Shown one piece after another: positions 44,604 to 56,300 of a stretch of DNA of 64,000 nt. The translations under genes were made by a program, and so were the position numbers. This DNA is from a candidate division WOR-3 bacterium (lineage in GTDB: Bacteria > Hydrothermota > 32-111): assembly GCA_039804105.1 (NCBI GenBank), contig JBDRZU010000001.1, positions 512,001 to 576,000 on the forward strand, written 5' to 3'. The notes beneath the pieces were generated by a model that did no database searches, was not told the origin of the DNA, and saw only the letters and a program-made list of their open reading frames with translations. How positions within the stretch are numbered: the stretch's first letter is position 1; each line of letters opens with the position of its first letter.

Positions 44604-45431
44604 TCACCTCTCGTTAATATATTTTTCATATGAGAGTTTTTCTTCATCTTTATACATCGACAACCTTTTCATCAAAAGTGAAAAATCAACCTGATGAGCA
44701 TCAAACTCTGGACCATCAACACATGCGAATTTCGTCTTCCCACCAACCTCAACTCTACACGCACCACACATTCCTGTTCCATCAACCATTATAGAGTTAA
44801 GTGATGCTATAGTTTTTATTCCATACTCTTTTGTGATATCTGAAACAACCTTCATCATAACCGCAGGACCTATCACTAAAACTTCATCGATCTTTCTTCC
44901 CTCTTTTAGAAGTTCTTTCAACTTATCCGACACAAAACCTTTCTGTCCATATGAACCATCATCAGTTGTGATGTAAAGTTCATCACATATATTTTTCATC
45001 TCATCTTCAAGTATTTTGAACGAAACATTTCGAAAACCCATAATTCCTATAACATAATTTCCTGCTTCTTTGTACGCTTTCGTTTCAGGATAAGTTATTG
45101 CACAACCAACACCACCACCTATTGTAACAACAGTTCCAACCTTTTCTATATGTGCGGGTTTGCCAAGTGGTCCTGCAACATCAAGAATATAATCATTCTC
45201 TTTTAAACTTCCAATTTTTGCTGTTGATTTTCCAACTTCCTGTATAAATAGGGTAATACTCCCCAATTCTGGGTCTTTATCGCATATTGTTATGGGGATT
45301 CTTTCTCCATTTTCATAAGATCTCAGAATAACGAATTGTCCTGGCTTTGCTTCTCTTGCGATTAGCGGGGCTTTTATCACCAGTTTGTGGATATTTTGAC
45401 CGATTTTTTGATGTTCCAATATCTGATACAT
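44604..45431 (-). CDS. nfnA: NfnA/SudB small subunit (FAD, 2Fe-2S)
   Basis: PGQFVI, ERIPIT, GPLG, GGGVG, TDDGSYG, MVDGTGMCGACRV, CVDGPEF. Confidence 0.9.
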   Translation of the reverse strand: MYQILEHQKIGQNIHKLVIKAPLIAREAKPGQFVILRSYENGERIPITICDKDPELGSITLFIQEVGKSTAKIGSLKENDYILDVAGPLGKPAHIEKVGTVVTIGGGVGCAITYPETKAYKEAGNYVIGIMGFRNVSFKILEDEMKNICDELYITTDDGSYGQKGFVSDKLKELLKEGRKIDEVLVIGPAVMMKVVSDITKEYGIKTIASLNSIMVDGTGMCGACRVEVGGKTKFACVDGPEFDAHQVDFSLLMKRLSMYKDEEKLSYEKYINER

Positions 45432-45487
45432 AATTCCTCCTTATTATAAAAATTAAAACATACGGGGAATTTTTGTCAAGAAAAAAT

Positions 45488-48466
45488 TTAATCGGTTTTT
45501 ATTATGGCTCCTTTTCCTCTTTTACCATCAATCAAAACTTTTAAAGGTTTTTCAAATTCAAAATGTAATATTGTATCGTTCAATTTTTTGATATTTTTCT
45601 CTTTAAACAGAAGATCCCAATCGATAAAGGAATCCGATCTTTTATGGCTAAAAATAGTTAGATAGAACACATTCATCGTTACAACATTATGAAAAAAGTG
45701 TGATCCGAGTGAGGGTTCTATAAGCATATCTTTCATCTCGATCTCAACTATAACTTTCACATTTGAAATCGACGACCATAAAACAGGTATCCCTAAAAAT
45801 GGGTCCTTTGTTCCCCATCTACCTGGTCCTACGATTATGTATTTTTTACCTTTTTGTCCAAAATCTCTATTGATCTCTTCGATCAAAGGCACAAGTTCAA
45901 CACTTTTCATCCTATCAAATTTTTCAGGGTTTACAAGGATTATATCATTAATGTTATCTATAAAACCGTTCCCCATCGCATTATCGGAAAAGAAGAGAAT
46001 TTTTTCTCTTGGGATACTTTCAATATCAACTTCAACCTCTGAGTTTTTTCTGATGATGGGTTTTATCTGTAAGATATAAAAAGTCATCTTACGATTTTCA
46101 TCAGGGTTCAAATCAACAGCAAACTCTATTTCACAGGGAGATCCAATAGCGAATTTTATAATCGCACTTACCTGATTCAATATTTTTGAGAGAGGGAAAT
46201 ATTCATATTTGATTATTGAGTTGAAGTTTATCACAAGTGGACCTTTCGCAGAAAGATCATCAGTCAAAGTCCCATTGAAAACATCAAGTACAGATCCAAT
46301 ATAGTTTAAACTTCCATTTTCCCTCGCAACATTTATATCTACAAGTTCAAGGGTTGAATTGTCACCTTCAATAAGATTAAAATTTTTTCTATCACCAAGG
46401 TTTATAGCATAAAAGAATTTTTGTGTTTTGTTGTTTATGTTTATATCGATTTCAGGATATTTGGGACAGAACCTAAAAGAATCGTTTCCATCGATAACAT
46501 ATTTGCCAAGTCCAACAGCAACCTCACATATACCATCCTCTCTTTTAAGATGGGAAATCGGATAATAGTTATCCGACTGCATAACACCTGAAAAAGATGG
46601 ATAATAATATTTCCCGTAATTATGTCCAACAACTTCCTGAATTATGACAGCCATCTTTTCCTCTTCAATCTTGTAATTTATCGCGTTAAAATATGCCCTT
46701 GCTGATGGTGAGAATACAGAAGAGAAAACAAGTTTTATAGCATCCTCAACATCCTTCATCCTCTTCTCAAAGTCGTCATCGTTGTTAGGAAGCATATATG
46801 TTTCAAAAACTCCCGAAAATGATTGGGAGATTGAATCTTCAAACAAACTTGAAGATCTTATCGCTATTGGTCTTGTAAAACTTTTTAGTTTTTTTCTTAA
46901 CTTGTACAAAAGTTCATTTGATAATTTCCCTTTTAAGAATCTCTTTCGCAATTTATTGTAATCGTTTTCCCTTAAAATGTAATAGGACAGATTGTTTTTC
47001 TCTATAAAGTTTGAAAATTCTTCAGAACCTATAAGCATAGTTTTTGGAACAGTTATTTTTACATTTTCAAATGAATTAAAAATATCGGTGTTTTGAAGAA
47101 TATTGTTTACAAAAGCGATTCCTCTTCCCTTTCCCCCAAGAGTTCCATCAGCAATTTGAACTATCACCTGTTCATCTTTTTTTAGATTTTCAGAATATTT
47201 TACAACTTTTCCCTTTATCGATTCCTTATCAATATCAAGTGTTATATCTATAAGATATTTTCTCAACTCCTCTATCGATTTAAAATCTGAAACTTTCAAT
47301 TTCTGTAATTTTTTTGCTATTTTGATCTCACCTCTTGCCATAAGCCATGCTGAGAACTGGTTTAAATTCGCATGGAAAACTAAAGATTCCGATGGAATTG
47401 TTAAAAGAATTTTTCTGAAAGTTTCAATGTTGCTCGCTTTGACTATTTCCTGACCTTTTCTATCCTTAAAAACGAATGAACCAAAGCCAAGGTTGTTGAA
47501 AATAAAATTTCTTAACTCTTGACTCAATTTATCACTGTTTTTGTTTATGAATGGGACTTTCAACTCTTTCGCTTTTTTTAAATTTTCCTTTTCAAAAGAT
47601 TGTAAAAGACATGGTAGTTCAGGCATCGATTCCTTTACAAACTTAATAAGTTCATAACCTGCATTATAGTTTGTTGCATTGTTTTTTGGAAATTTCATAT
47701 CTGAGATCACAGTTAAAAGATTCTCTCTATACTTTTCAAAATAAAAAATTGCATCCTCATAATTCGTTGCAATTATTACTTTTGGTCTTGCTCTCAAACG
47801 GAGTAGTTTTTTCATATCATCAAGTTTTTCCTGTATTATCAAACGCTGCGTCTGTTTTAGAATCTCAGTGTAAAGTATTGGAAGGTACCTCGATATATAC
47901 CTTATAGAATCTTCAACAAGGAGTATAACTCTCACATTTCCTATCAGAGTGTCCCTTTCGATGTTCTTTTTGTCCTCAACATATTTTATCATAGCAAGAA
48001 AAACTTTTGAATCACCGTTCCATACAAAAACAAGGTCCTTATCCTTATCTTTTTCGAGTTGATCTTTAATCAGTGGTATCTCTCCGTTGTCATTTAACAG
48101 TATAACTATCGGTATATCTTTGTTAATACTTCTTATCTTTTCTTTTAACTGGTAGGGAGACATTCCATCAATCCTCATTGTCAAAATTACCATATCAAAA
48201 TGTTCTTTTTTTAACCATTCACATGCCTCTTCACCATTTATAGCATTTGTGACTCTCGGAGCATCGGGTAAGGAAAGTTTATGATACTCTCCAAAAATTC
48301 TTTCAGCTAACCTTCCCTCCTCTTCAAGGATGAAACCATCGTAAAATGTCGCAACGAGTAAAATCTCTTTGACTTTGAAAGTTGAAAGATCATGGAAAAT
48401 TTCAATGTTGTTTTTGTAGGATGTATAAGATTGAACAAACTTTTCAACTATCTGTTCCCTGTCCAT
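45488..48466 (-). CDS. Tandem receiver-like domains fused to a PEP synthase/PPDK-type ATP-grasp domain and a putative His domain
   Basis: ILLVEDS..ISDMKFP receiver; LGGKGRG, RSSSLFEDS..SFSG.FET, MAVIIQ, EIEFA, YILQIKP; C-terminal SLGSHFF. Confidence 0.85.
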   Translation of the reverse strand: MDREQIVEKFVQSYTSYKNNIEIFHDLSTFKVKEILLVATFYDGFILEEEGRLAERIFGEYHKLSLPDAPRVTNAINGEEACEWLKKEHFDMVILTMRIDGMSPYQLKEKIRSINKDIPIVILLNDNGEIPLIKDQLEKDKDKDLVFVWNGDSKVFLAMIKYVEDKKNIERDTLIGNVRVILLVEDSIRYISRYLPILYTEILKQTQRLIIQEKLDDMKKLLRLRARPKVIIATNYEDAIFYFEKYRENLLTVISDMKFPKNNATNYNAGYELIKFVKESMPELPCLLQSFEKENLKKAKELKVPFINKNSDKLSQELRNFIFNNLGFGSFVFKDRKGQEIVKASNIETFRKILLTIPSESLVFHANLNQFSAWLMARGEIKIAKKLQKLKVSDFKSIEELRKYLIDITLDIDKESIKGKVVKYSENLKKDEQVIVQIADGTLGGKGRGIAFVNNILQNTDIFNSFENVKITVPKTMLIGSEEFSNFIEKNNLSYYILRENDYNKLRKRFLKGKLSNELLYKLRKKLKSFTRPIAIRSSSLFEDSISQSFSGVFETYMLPNNDDDFEKRMKDVEDAIKLVFSSVFSPSARAYFNAINYKIEEEKMAVIIQEVVGHNYGKYYYPSFSGVMQSDNYYPISHLKREDGICEVAVGLGKYVIDGNDSFRFCPKYPEIDININNKTQKFFYAINLGDRKNFNLIEGDNSTLELVDINVARENGSLNYIGSVLDVFNGTLTDDLSAKGPLVINFNSIIKYEYFPLSKILNQVSAIIKFAIGSPCEIEFAVDLNPDENRKMTFYILQIKPIIRKNSEVEVDIESIPREKILFFSDNAMGNGFIDNINDIILVNPEKFDRMKSVELVPLIEEINRDFGQKGKKYIIVGPGRWGTKDPFLGIPVLWSSISNVKVIVEIEMKDMLIEPSLGSHFFHNVVTMNVFYLTIFSHKRSDSFIDWDLLFKEKNIKKLNDTILHFEFEKPLKVLIDGKRGKGAIIKTD

Positions 48467-48526
48467 AAAACCTCCAATAAATAATTATATATAAAAAACC
48501 ACTCAAAGTAAATAAACCAACTTCTA

Positions 48527-48554
48527 TTGACAGATGTTTTTAAGACAATATATT
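48527..48554 (+). promoter_or_regulatory. sigma70-type promoter, probably giving a leaderless mRNA
   Basis: TTGACA-16-TATATT, then 6 nt to ATG 48561; no SD. Confidence 0.6.
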
Positions 48555-48560
48555 TTAAGA

Positions 48561-49955
48561 ATGGAAAGAAAAAAAATTTTTAACGAGTTAAAAAAAATAA
48601 TAGCGGAAAACAGAATAATATACGATGAGCAATTACTTGAAAAATATACAACTGATGAATCAGGTGGGAAATTTTCGGTTCCGTTAGTTGCATGTCTGCC
48701 AGAGACCGAAGAAGAGGTTGTTGAAATAATTAAATTTTCCTATAAAGAAAAAATACCTGTGGTTCCACGGGGAAGAGGCACAGGACTTTCAGGTGGAGCA
48801 ATACCTGTAGTTCCATCAATAATAATTTCAACTGAACTGTTAAACAAAATAATAGAAATAGACAAAGAAAATTTTACTGTAAAAACACAACCAGGAATAA
48901 TCACAGGTGATCTAAAAAATAGTGTCGAAAAGTTTGATCTTTTCTATCCTCCTGACCCCGCATCTCTCGATTCCTGTTCGATCGGTGGTAATGTTGCAGA
49001 AAATTCAGGTGGACCTTCCGCTATTAAATATGGAACAACTAAGGACTATGTCAAAGGTATAAAAGTTATAACACCTAATGGGGAAATTTTAAAATTTGGT
49101 GGTAAGGTAAAAAAAAACGCAACAGGATACCATTTAAAAGATATATTCATCGGTTCGGAAGGAACTCTTGGGTTTATAACTGAAATAACACTATCCCTTC
49201 TCCCTTTACCAAAATACAGTATCGATCTTTTACTCGCTTTTGAAAAGATAGATCATGCGACAAACGCTGTTGTAAAGATAATACATTCAGGAATACTACC
49301 ATCGTCAATAGAATTTATGGAAAAAAAAGCACTCGAAGCAGCAAAAAAATTTCTTGAGAATCAGATGGCATCACAGAAAGGTGAGGCACAGATCCTTTTA
49401 AGAATCGATGGTTTTGAAAAAGATATAGTTAACAGAAATATAGAAAAAATAGATGCAATATCTTCGGATTTAAAATGTATTGATATACTCGTTGCTGAAG
49501 ACAAGAACTTTCAGGAAAAAATCTGGAAAGCAAGAAGATCACTACATGACGCCATGGTTATGATGTCGGTCAAAAGGGAAAGAGAGGATGTTGTGGTACC
49601 GATAAATTCACTTCCTGATCTTATAAAAAATATTCATAAAATAGAGGATAAATACAGAATACCAATAATAACTTTCGGTCATGCAGGGGATGGTAATGTT
49701 CATATAAACATTTTAAAACTTGATGAAAACGATAAAAATTTTGATCACAACATAGAGAATGTGTTAAAAGAGATAATGGAACTTGCTGTTAAACTTGATG
49801 GGAAAATATCAGGTGAGCATGGAATAGGTATCTATAAAAAGAAATTTATGAAACTCGTTTTCACCGATCAGGAAATAAAAATTCAAAAGGACATAAAAAA
49901 ACTTTTTGATCCAGAAAACCTTTTTAACCCAGGGAAAATATTACCAGATGATTAG
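48561..49955 (+). CDS. FAD-linked oxidase, GlcD/D-lactate dehydrogenase family
   Basis: PRGRGTGLSGG, PPDPAS, SIGGNVAENSGG, GSEGTLG, GHAGDGNVH, SGEHGIG, NPGK. Confidence 0.93.
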   Translation: MERKKIFNELKKIIAENRIIYDEQLLEKYTTDESGGKFSVPLVACLPETEEEVVEIIKFSYKEKIPVVPRGRGTGLSGGAIPVVPSIIISTELLNKIIEIDKENFTVKTQPGIITGDLKNSVEKFDLFYPPDPASLDSCSIGGNVAENSGGPSAIKYGTTKDYVKGIKVITPNGEILKFGGKVKKNATGYHLKDIFIGSEGTLGFITEITLSLLPLPKYSIDLLLAFEKIDHATNAVVKIIHSGILPSSIEFMEKKALEAAKKFLENQMASQKGEAQILLRIDGFEKDIVNRNIEKIDAISSDLKCIDILVAEDKNFQEKIWKARRSLHDAMVMMSVKREREDVVVPINSLPDLIKNIHKIEDKYRIPIITFGHAGDGNVHINILKLDENDKNFDHNIENVLKEIMELAVKLDGKISGEHGIGIYKKKFMKLVFTDQEIKIQKDIKKLFDPENLFNPGKILPDD

Positions 49956-50742
49956 AAAACTATTTTTCTTTTCATTTTTGATTTCAAATTTTTTATTTTC
50001 AAATCAAATCGGCTTTGATTACGACGATTTCAAAGATTCTTTTCAAAAATTGGTTCAATCGAGTTCTCAAAACATAACTATCCTTTCAAAGGATTTTACA
50101 GACAAAACTTTTTTAGAAATTTTAAAAGAAAACAAAAAATTAAAAAAGATTGTAATCCTTTCAAAAAGTTCAGTTACAAAAAAATATTCTCTCAAAGATT
50201 CTCTTTCAATCTTTGTTGATACAATACTTTTTGTTGAGGATTCACTTCTCGATTTCACGATAGTTTTCAATTCATCAAAAAATTTTATAGTTTGCAATAA
50301 GCCGATACAACCTAAAAAATATTCGAAAAATCTTTTTTTCATCAGTTCCTCTGATACCTCTATGTTTGAAAAAGTTTTGAAAAAGTTTATCAAAGTAAGA
50401 AAAAACTCTTTTTCGATAGATTCTATCTCAGATACTTTGAATTTTAACATGCTCTCAAAAAATTATAAAAAGTATGAAAATCAATGGATAAAATTCAAAG
50501 CGTATGTTGAAGATGTATACAAATCGAAAAAAAGTGATACCTATTTTATAAAGTTGAAAGGTGATAAAAATTTTACAATAGTTATTTTTGAAAGTTTAAG
50601 TAAAGAATTTTTGAAAAAAAATATAAACATACTCTACTTTAAAAATAAAAATGTTTATGTTGAAGGTTTTTTAAAATACGATACTAAATATGGATATGAA
50701 ATCATTCTCGAAAGATTCGAAAATATAAAAATTTTACAATGA
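49948..50742 (+). CDS. Hypothetical exported protein, possible C-terminal OB fold
   Basis: MIRKLFFF signal; C-terminal FTIVIF...VYVEG...YEIIL pattern. Confidence 0.55.
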   Translation: MIRKLFFFSFLISNFLFSNQIGFDYDDFKDSFQKLVQSSSQNITILSKDFTDKTFLEILKENKKLKKIVILSKSSVTKKYSLKDSLSIFVDTILFVEDSLLDFTIVFNSSKNFIVCNKPIQPKKYSKNLFFISSSDTSMFEKVLKKFIKVRKNSFSIDSISDTLNFNMLSKNYKKYENQWIKFKAYVEDVYKSKKSDTYFIKLKGDKNFTIVIFESLSKEFLKKNINILYFKNKNVYVEGFLKYDTKYGYEIILERFENIKILQ

Positions 50743-53301
50743 TCATTTTTTAAACATATTCTTTAAATTATCGATCATCTTATTCACACTTTCATTCGTC
50801 TTATCTTTAAGGTATTCTCCAACGGAATTATATTTTATCTTTATATCAGGTTTTGAGTATGTCCCACGTATCTCAAAGTCAACATAAATCTTATCGGAAG
50901 GATAGTTTGTCATTTCAAGGATCTTTTCAAGTAAACCTGTATCAGCGATATTCATATCGATGGTATATCTTCCCTTTATACTCATATTCCTGTTAAAATC
51001 TACAGTTCCACTGTAGAGAATAGAATGGCCATTTTTCTCCATCTCAAAATCATCGAATTTCACTTTTTGTGAATCTATTTCAAATTCACCATACATATCA
51101 TCAAAGTAAAATGTATCGGAAAGCGGCAAATTCAAAACGGATGAGATTTTTTCAATTATACCGGTGAAATGAACCCATCCACCTTTTGCAGTAATATCAA
51201 TTTTACCGTTCAAACTCTCCTTCACTTTATCCTGATAAAAGTTTAAATCAGATTTAACATCGACTTTCGCTCCCATATCGAAAGGAAGATATTTTTTTCT
51301 CTTCATAAAATCATCAATAAAAACTTTTTTACCTTCAAAATTAGAATTAATATATCCATCTTTTTTTGAATTGTAAACAAACTTTCCTCCTATTTTTCCT
51401 TTCAAAAAATCAGCATTAACTGGATCAACTGTTAGAATTCCATTTTCAACTTTAAGATTCAAAACTATATTCTCAAGAAATTCATCTTTAAAGTATAACT
51501 TTTTAACAAGAATCTTCAAATTTCCTTTCAGTCTATCGTCAATTTTTGGGGGTTTAGATTTACTCTTTTGATCACCATTTGGTACGGGCACAAAAAGTGA
51601 ATCATAGTTCAAATAATCAACGTTCACTTCACCAGAAAAATTTATCAAACTTTTACCATAATTGATATTTAAATTTTTGATTGTTCCAGAAACATTCTTT
51701 CCGTTAATCAGAAGATCTTTTAATTCAAAATTTTCTGCGAAGTTTTTAAATTTTGCTTCCTGTAGATTCAAATTCAAATTGTCGTTAATATTGGGGATTT
51801 TTACATTTTTTAACCTCAAACTGAAAAATCCTGAATTTTTTTTCTCTTTCAAAAAGAATTTTACATTTCCATTTATCTCCCCATCCCCTTTATAGTTTTT
51901 GAAAAATTTCTGAGCATTCAATGTTGACAGTGTTGATATTTCAAAAATTTGCTTTGAATAATCACCAGAAATCGATAATGTCCCATTTGTTTTGTCATCC
52001 TCAATCTTAGAGAAACCTTTTACTATACCTTTATCGGATGTTAGTTCTATCTGTTTTAAAACTAAATTAAAAGTATCATAATCGAGTTTTATAAAAGGAG
52101 AATTGAACTTTATATAACTTTTTAATAAAAGGGTATCAGGGTTTTTTATGTCCTTTTTATCACATAGAATTTTAAAGTTTATCTTTGCTTTACCTGAAAT
52201 TTTTACTTTCTTTTCCCTTATAAATCTTTCAGTATTTTTTAAGTTTACTCCTCCAAGATTTATAACAAGTTCAATGGTGTCATTAAAAAATTTTTGAGGT
52301 GTAAAAGTTATATCAATATCGGATGTATCTTCATTGAATGAAATATTCCCAAAAAATACAAGTTTATCAAATTGTTTGTTAAGAAGAGAATTTTCAAAAA
52401 TAGAAATACTATCATCCTTAAAATTAAATCCGAAAGATGAGAAATGTACTTCAAGTTCGTTTATAATTTTATCAACTTGTTTTGTAAAATCTTCCCCAAG
52501 AGAATATTCACCTTTTATAATACCCAGTGTGTTACCAAAAATATTCAAATGTTCATCCTTATAAAACATTTTAACAATCTTATCAAAGGATAATGTTTTG
52601 AAACTTAAAGAGTAATAAACCTTTTTGTCAGATTTTGTTAAATTTCCATCTATTTCAGCAAGTTGATTTTTCAGTGTTATCTTTTTTATTTCGATGGTTG
52701 AATCTATAACACCTTTTGCAGTTATTGAATTATTACTTAAATTGTTTCCTTTATAAGTAAAATCAAAATTTATGTTCGTTTCAAAATCAAAACTTTTATT
52801 GTAAGAGAACCTCAAAAAACCATCCAAATTCTTTAAACTGAAAGTATCATAGGTTATATTACCATTTCTGAAATATATGTTTGAGAAAATACTTATTCCA
52901 TCCTTTTTTTCGGAAAGATTTTCATCCGTTTTCTCTTCACTCTCCTTTTTTTGATTCTTAACAAGAATGTCAAAATCTGATATATCAACTCTTTTGAGTT
53001 CAAGTTCTTTTTTAAAAATTATCTTAAATGGGTTGAAACTCAACTTTACATTTTTTGATTTAACCGAAAAAAGTTCATTTTCTATCCAACTTTCTTTCAA
53101 AACTACAGAGGAAGTGAAGAATCCAAGATCATAGGATAATGTTTTTATCTGAACCAAAAATCCTGCTTTTGAAAGGTTCTGGTAAACTAAACTCTTTATC
53201 CTTTCTTCAGTCAAAAAATTTTTGATGATAAAAAATCCAATAGAGTAGATCACAACTATTAGAACCAATATGATTAAAACTATTTTAACTATTTTTTTCA
53301 T
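50743..53301 (-). CDS. AsmA-like protein
   Basis: Single N-terminal TM, long beta-rich body, C-terminal FEIRGTYSKPDI; ATG 53301 behind a GGAG SD. Confidence 0.75.
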   Translation of the reverse strand: MKKIVKIVLIILVLIVVIYSIGFFIIKNFLTEERIKSLVYQNLSKAGFLVQIKTLSYDLGFFTSSVVLKESWIENELFSVKSKNVKLSFNPFKIIFKKELELKRVDISDFDILVKNQKKESEEKTDENLSEKKDGISIFSNIYFRNGNITYDTFSLKNLDGFLRFSYNKSFDFETNINFDFTYKGNNLSNNSITAKGVIDSTIEIKKITLKNQLAEIDGNLTKSDKKVYYSLSFKTLSFDKIVKMFYKDEHLNIFGNTLGIIKGEYSLGEDFTKQVDKIINELEVHFSSFGFNFKDDSISIFENSLLNKQFDKLVFFGNISFNEDTSDIDITFTPQKFFNDTIELVINLGGVNLKNTERFIREKKVKISGKAKINFKILCDKKDIKNPDTLLLKSYIKFNSPFIKLDYDTFNLVLKQIELTSDKGIVKGFSKIEDDKTNGTLSISGDYSKQIFEISTLSTLNAQKFFKNYKGDGEINGNVKFFLKEKKNSGFFSLRLKNVKIPNINDNLNLNLQEAKFKNFAENFELKDLLINGKNVSGTIKNLNINYGKSLINFSGEVNVDYLNYDSLFVPVPNGDQKSKSKPPKIDDRLKGNLKILVKKLYFKDEFLENIVLNLKVENGILTVDPVNADFLKGKIGGKFVYNSKKDGYINSNFEGKKVFIDDFMKRKKYLPFDMGAKVDVKSDLNFYQDKVKESLNGKIDITAKGGWVHFTGIIEKISSVLNLPLSDTFYFDDMYGEFEIDSQKVKFDDFEMEKNGHSILYSGTVDFNRNMSIKGRYTIDMNIADTGLLEKILEMTNYPSDKIYVDFEIRGTYSKPDIKIKYNSVGEYLKDKTNESVNKMIDNLKNMFKK

Positions 53302-56300
53302 CTTGAATCTCTCCAATAAATTTTAACAGATTTTTAATTTTTGTCTTATTTTTGCTTTCTATTGTATAAAAATCTTTCAAAACTTCAATAACGATATTTT
53401 TATCAAAATCTTTCACAACATTAGCAATAAAATCAACATCAAACATTTTTAACATAATATCAAAAAGATGTTTATAAAAATTTATAAAACCTCTTTTCTG
53501 AATAAGATTTTCCCTGTTGACCATTCCAGCACGAGCAATATATTTTTCAACTGTTGAAACACCTTTAAGAAGTGATATGTATCTAAGATTATCCTTTTTC
53601 AATTTCGTATAGAGGTCATCACTGATTTTTCTGATTATCAAAATATGTTCAAGAGATCCAATCCTTTCTCCAATCTTTTCGGCCTCTTTCAAAATATCCT
53701 CACAACTTGTAAAATCTTCTGTTAAAAGATAGAATCGAGAAAGTGATATATATGTTCTTAAAAGTGATAGTTTTGATTTTGTTTTCTGTGATATTTCAAA
53801 AGATTTTGATGATATTTCAGAGATGCTCTCTATATCCTGAGTTCTAATATGGATATCAGCAAGTGATGCTAAAATATCAGCAACAAGTATTTCATTATTA
53901 TTTTTTTCAGCATATTCTAAAACATCGTTAGCAAGAATTTTCGCCTGTTCAAGTTGATTCTCCTCTATCAGAGTTTTTATAAGAGTAGAATAAAGGTTGA
54001 ACTCAAGTTCCTTTATTCCATATTTCTTTGCAAGGTTGATACCTTCAAGAACAAGTTCTTTTTCTTTTTCAAGGTAGGATTTTAAACCATTGATCTTTGC
54101 AAGTATATTCAAAGATATAATCTTTAAATCAACAAGATTGTTTTTTTCTATATAATCTTTGTTCGTTAAGATCATTTCTTCACTTTTTTCAAGATAACCT
54201 AAAAAGGATAGAAGATTGGCATAATTGAGGGAAGTGTATGTTTTAAGATGTTTGTGTGATGTTTTTTCGCACAGATTCAAACTTTTTTCATAGTACTCTT
54301 TTGATATTTCAAACTCACCTAAAAGGAAATTTATCTCTCCCATGTTTGAATATATCTCTGAAAGTCCCTTTAACTCTTCATATTTCTCAAAAATTTTTAT
54401 TGAAATTTGATAACTTTTAATAGCATCATCATATTTCCCTGTCAAAAACTTTATCGTTCCAAGATTGTTTTCGATCCTTGCTGTTTCTATTTCATCCTTT
54501 ACAATTAATGAAAGTTTTAAAGCTTCCTGATATAGTTTTTCAGCCTTCTCGTAATTCCCTGTCAAATCGTAAACAGTTCCAAGATTTATGAGTGAAAGAA
54601 GTTGCTTTTTTTTATCATTAATATCTTTGAAGAGATCGTAGGAAAGTTCAAAATATTTTTTTGCTTCATCGAATCTGTTCTGTTCCAAGTGTATTTTCCC
54701 TATATTAAGATACAAAGAACCAGTATCACTTTTGTTATTTTCCTTTATACTTATATCAAGTGAAAGATTATAATATTCAAGTGATTCTTCATACTTTCCT
54801 TCAAAAGATTTAAGTATTCCAAGTGAATTGTATATTTTTGATAAAATCTGTTTATTTTTTAAATTCAACGATTTTTTCAACGCTTCTTTGTATATCTCTT
54901 CAGATCTATTGTATTCACCTATTCGATCATATATCATCCCCTCAAGAAGGAGATAATCTATTTCCTTCTCCTCATTGTAAAGGAATATCTCTCTTTTTTC
55001 TTTTAAAAGTTCTAAAGCTCTATTAAACGATCCAGTATTTATCAAGACATTCACAACTTTTATCACAACAGGGATCATCCTATCAAATCTTTTTTCCCTT
55101 TCAAGCAAACTTATTGCATTGCTATAATTTTCAACAGATTGTTTGTACGAGAAAAGTTTTGAATCTAAATCTCCAACCTTTTCAAGGTAGAAGGATGCTT
55201 TTTCAAAATCATCACTTTTTGAATAATGGAAGGAAAGTTTTCTTAAAATTTCTTCATTTTTATCAAAATATTTTTTTTCTATATAATCTCCAATATTTTT
55301 ATGAAGAATTTTTCTTTTATCAAAAGAAAGTGAATTGTAAACCGACTCATAAAAAAGTTCTGATGAAAAATAGTATGTGTCCTTATCATAAAATTCCAAA
55401 AATCCTTTGTCTGTTAAAATTTTAAAACTCTCATCAACATCTTTTTGAGGAAAATTGAAATATTGAGTCACTTCACTCTTTTTAAACCTATAACCTAAAA
55501 CTGAGGTGTACTGGATCACTTTTTTATCACTCTCTTTCAAACTATCTATCTTTGAAACAAAAATTGATTTGAGTGAATCAGGTATAACTTTTTTTCCTTC
55601 CTCTTTTATAAAAAGATTACCGTCCTTTTCTTCAAGAAAATTTTTTTCGTTCAAAAATTTAAAAATCTCAACGAATTTTTTCGGGTTTCCTTCACTTCTT
55701 TTAAAAAGATACTCAATACCCTCTTCATCAAATCTCTTTGAACTTTTTATTTCAACGAGTTCTTTAAAATTTTCAAAATCAAGTGAACCAAGAACAACCT
55801 TATCTGTAAAATTAAAATCTATATTTTCTTTCGAACTGATAATTGTTGAAAAATTCTTTCTTTCTAAAAGATTGTTAAAAAGTTTCAAAAATATGTTTTT
55901 TGAATGGTCATCAAAAAGATCAAAATCATCTATTAAAAAAAGAGTTTTCTCTGAACCAATCGATTTTTCGAGAAACCTTTTTGAGGTCTCAAAAACCTTT
56001 AAATTAAAAACTTTTTCATCATTATTAGAATCAACCAATCCAAAAAGAAGATAAAAACCATCCCTTTCATCAGGTAAAAGGGAATTATCTATTTTGTTTT
56101 TTATCAATTCAACTGAATCGGTTTCATCTATTTTTAACTGTCCTTCAACAAAATCTTTGAGTTTCTTGAAGGGAATATTTTGAAAAAATGTTTGGCCGCT
56201 CAATTGAAATATTTTTACATTTTTCCTATCAAATTTATCAAAAAGAAGTGAGCAATATTTTGTTTTTCCACATCCCTCATCACCTTTTATGAAGAGTGAA

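Noticed and set aside
45488..48466. ppsA/ppdK call
   Set aside because: Lacks the C-terminal PEP/pyruvate-binding barrel and has receiver domains
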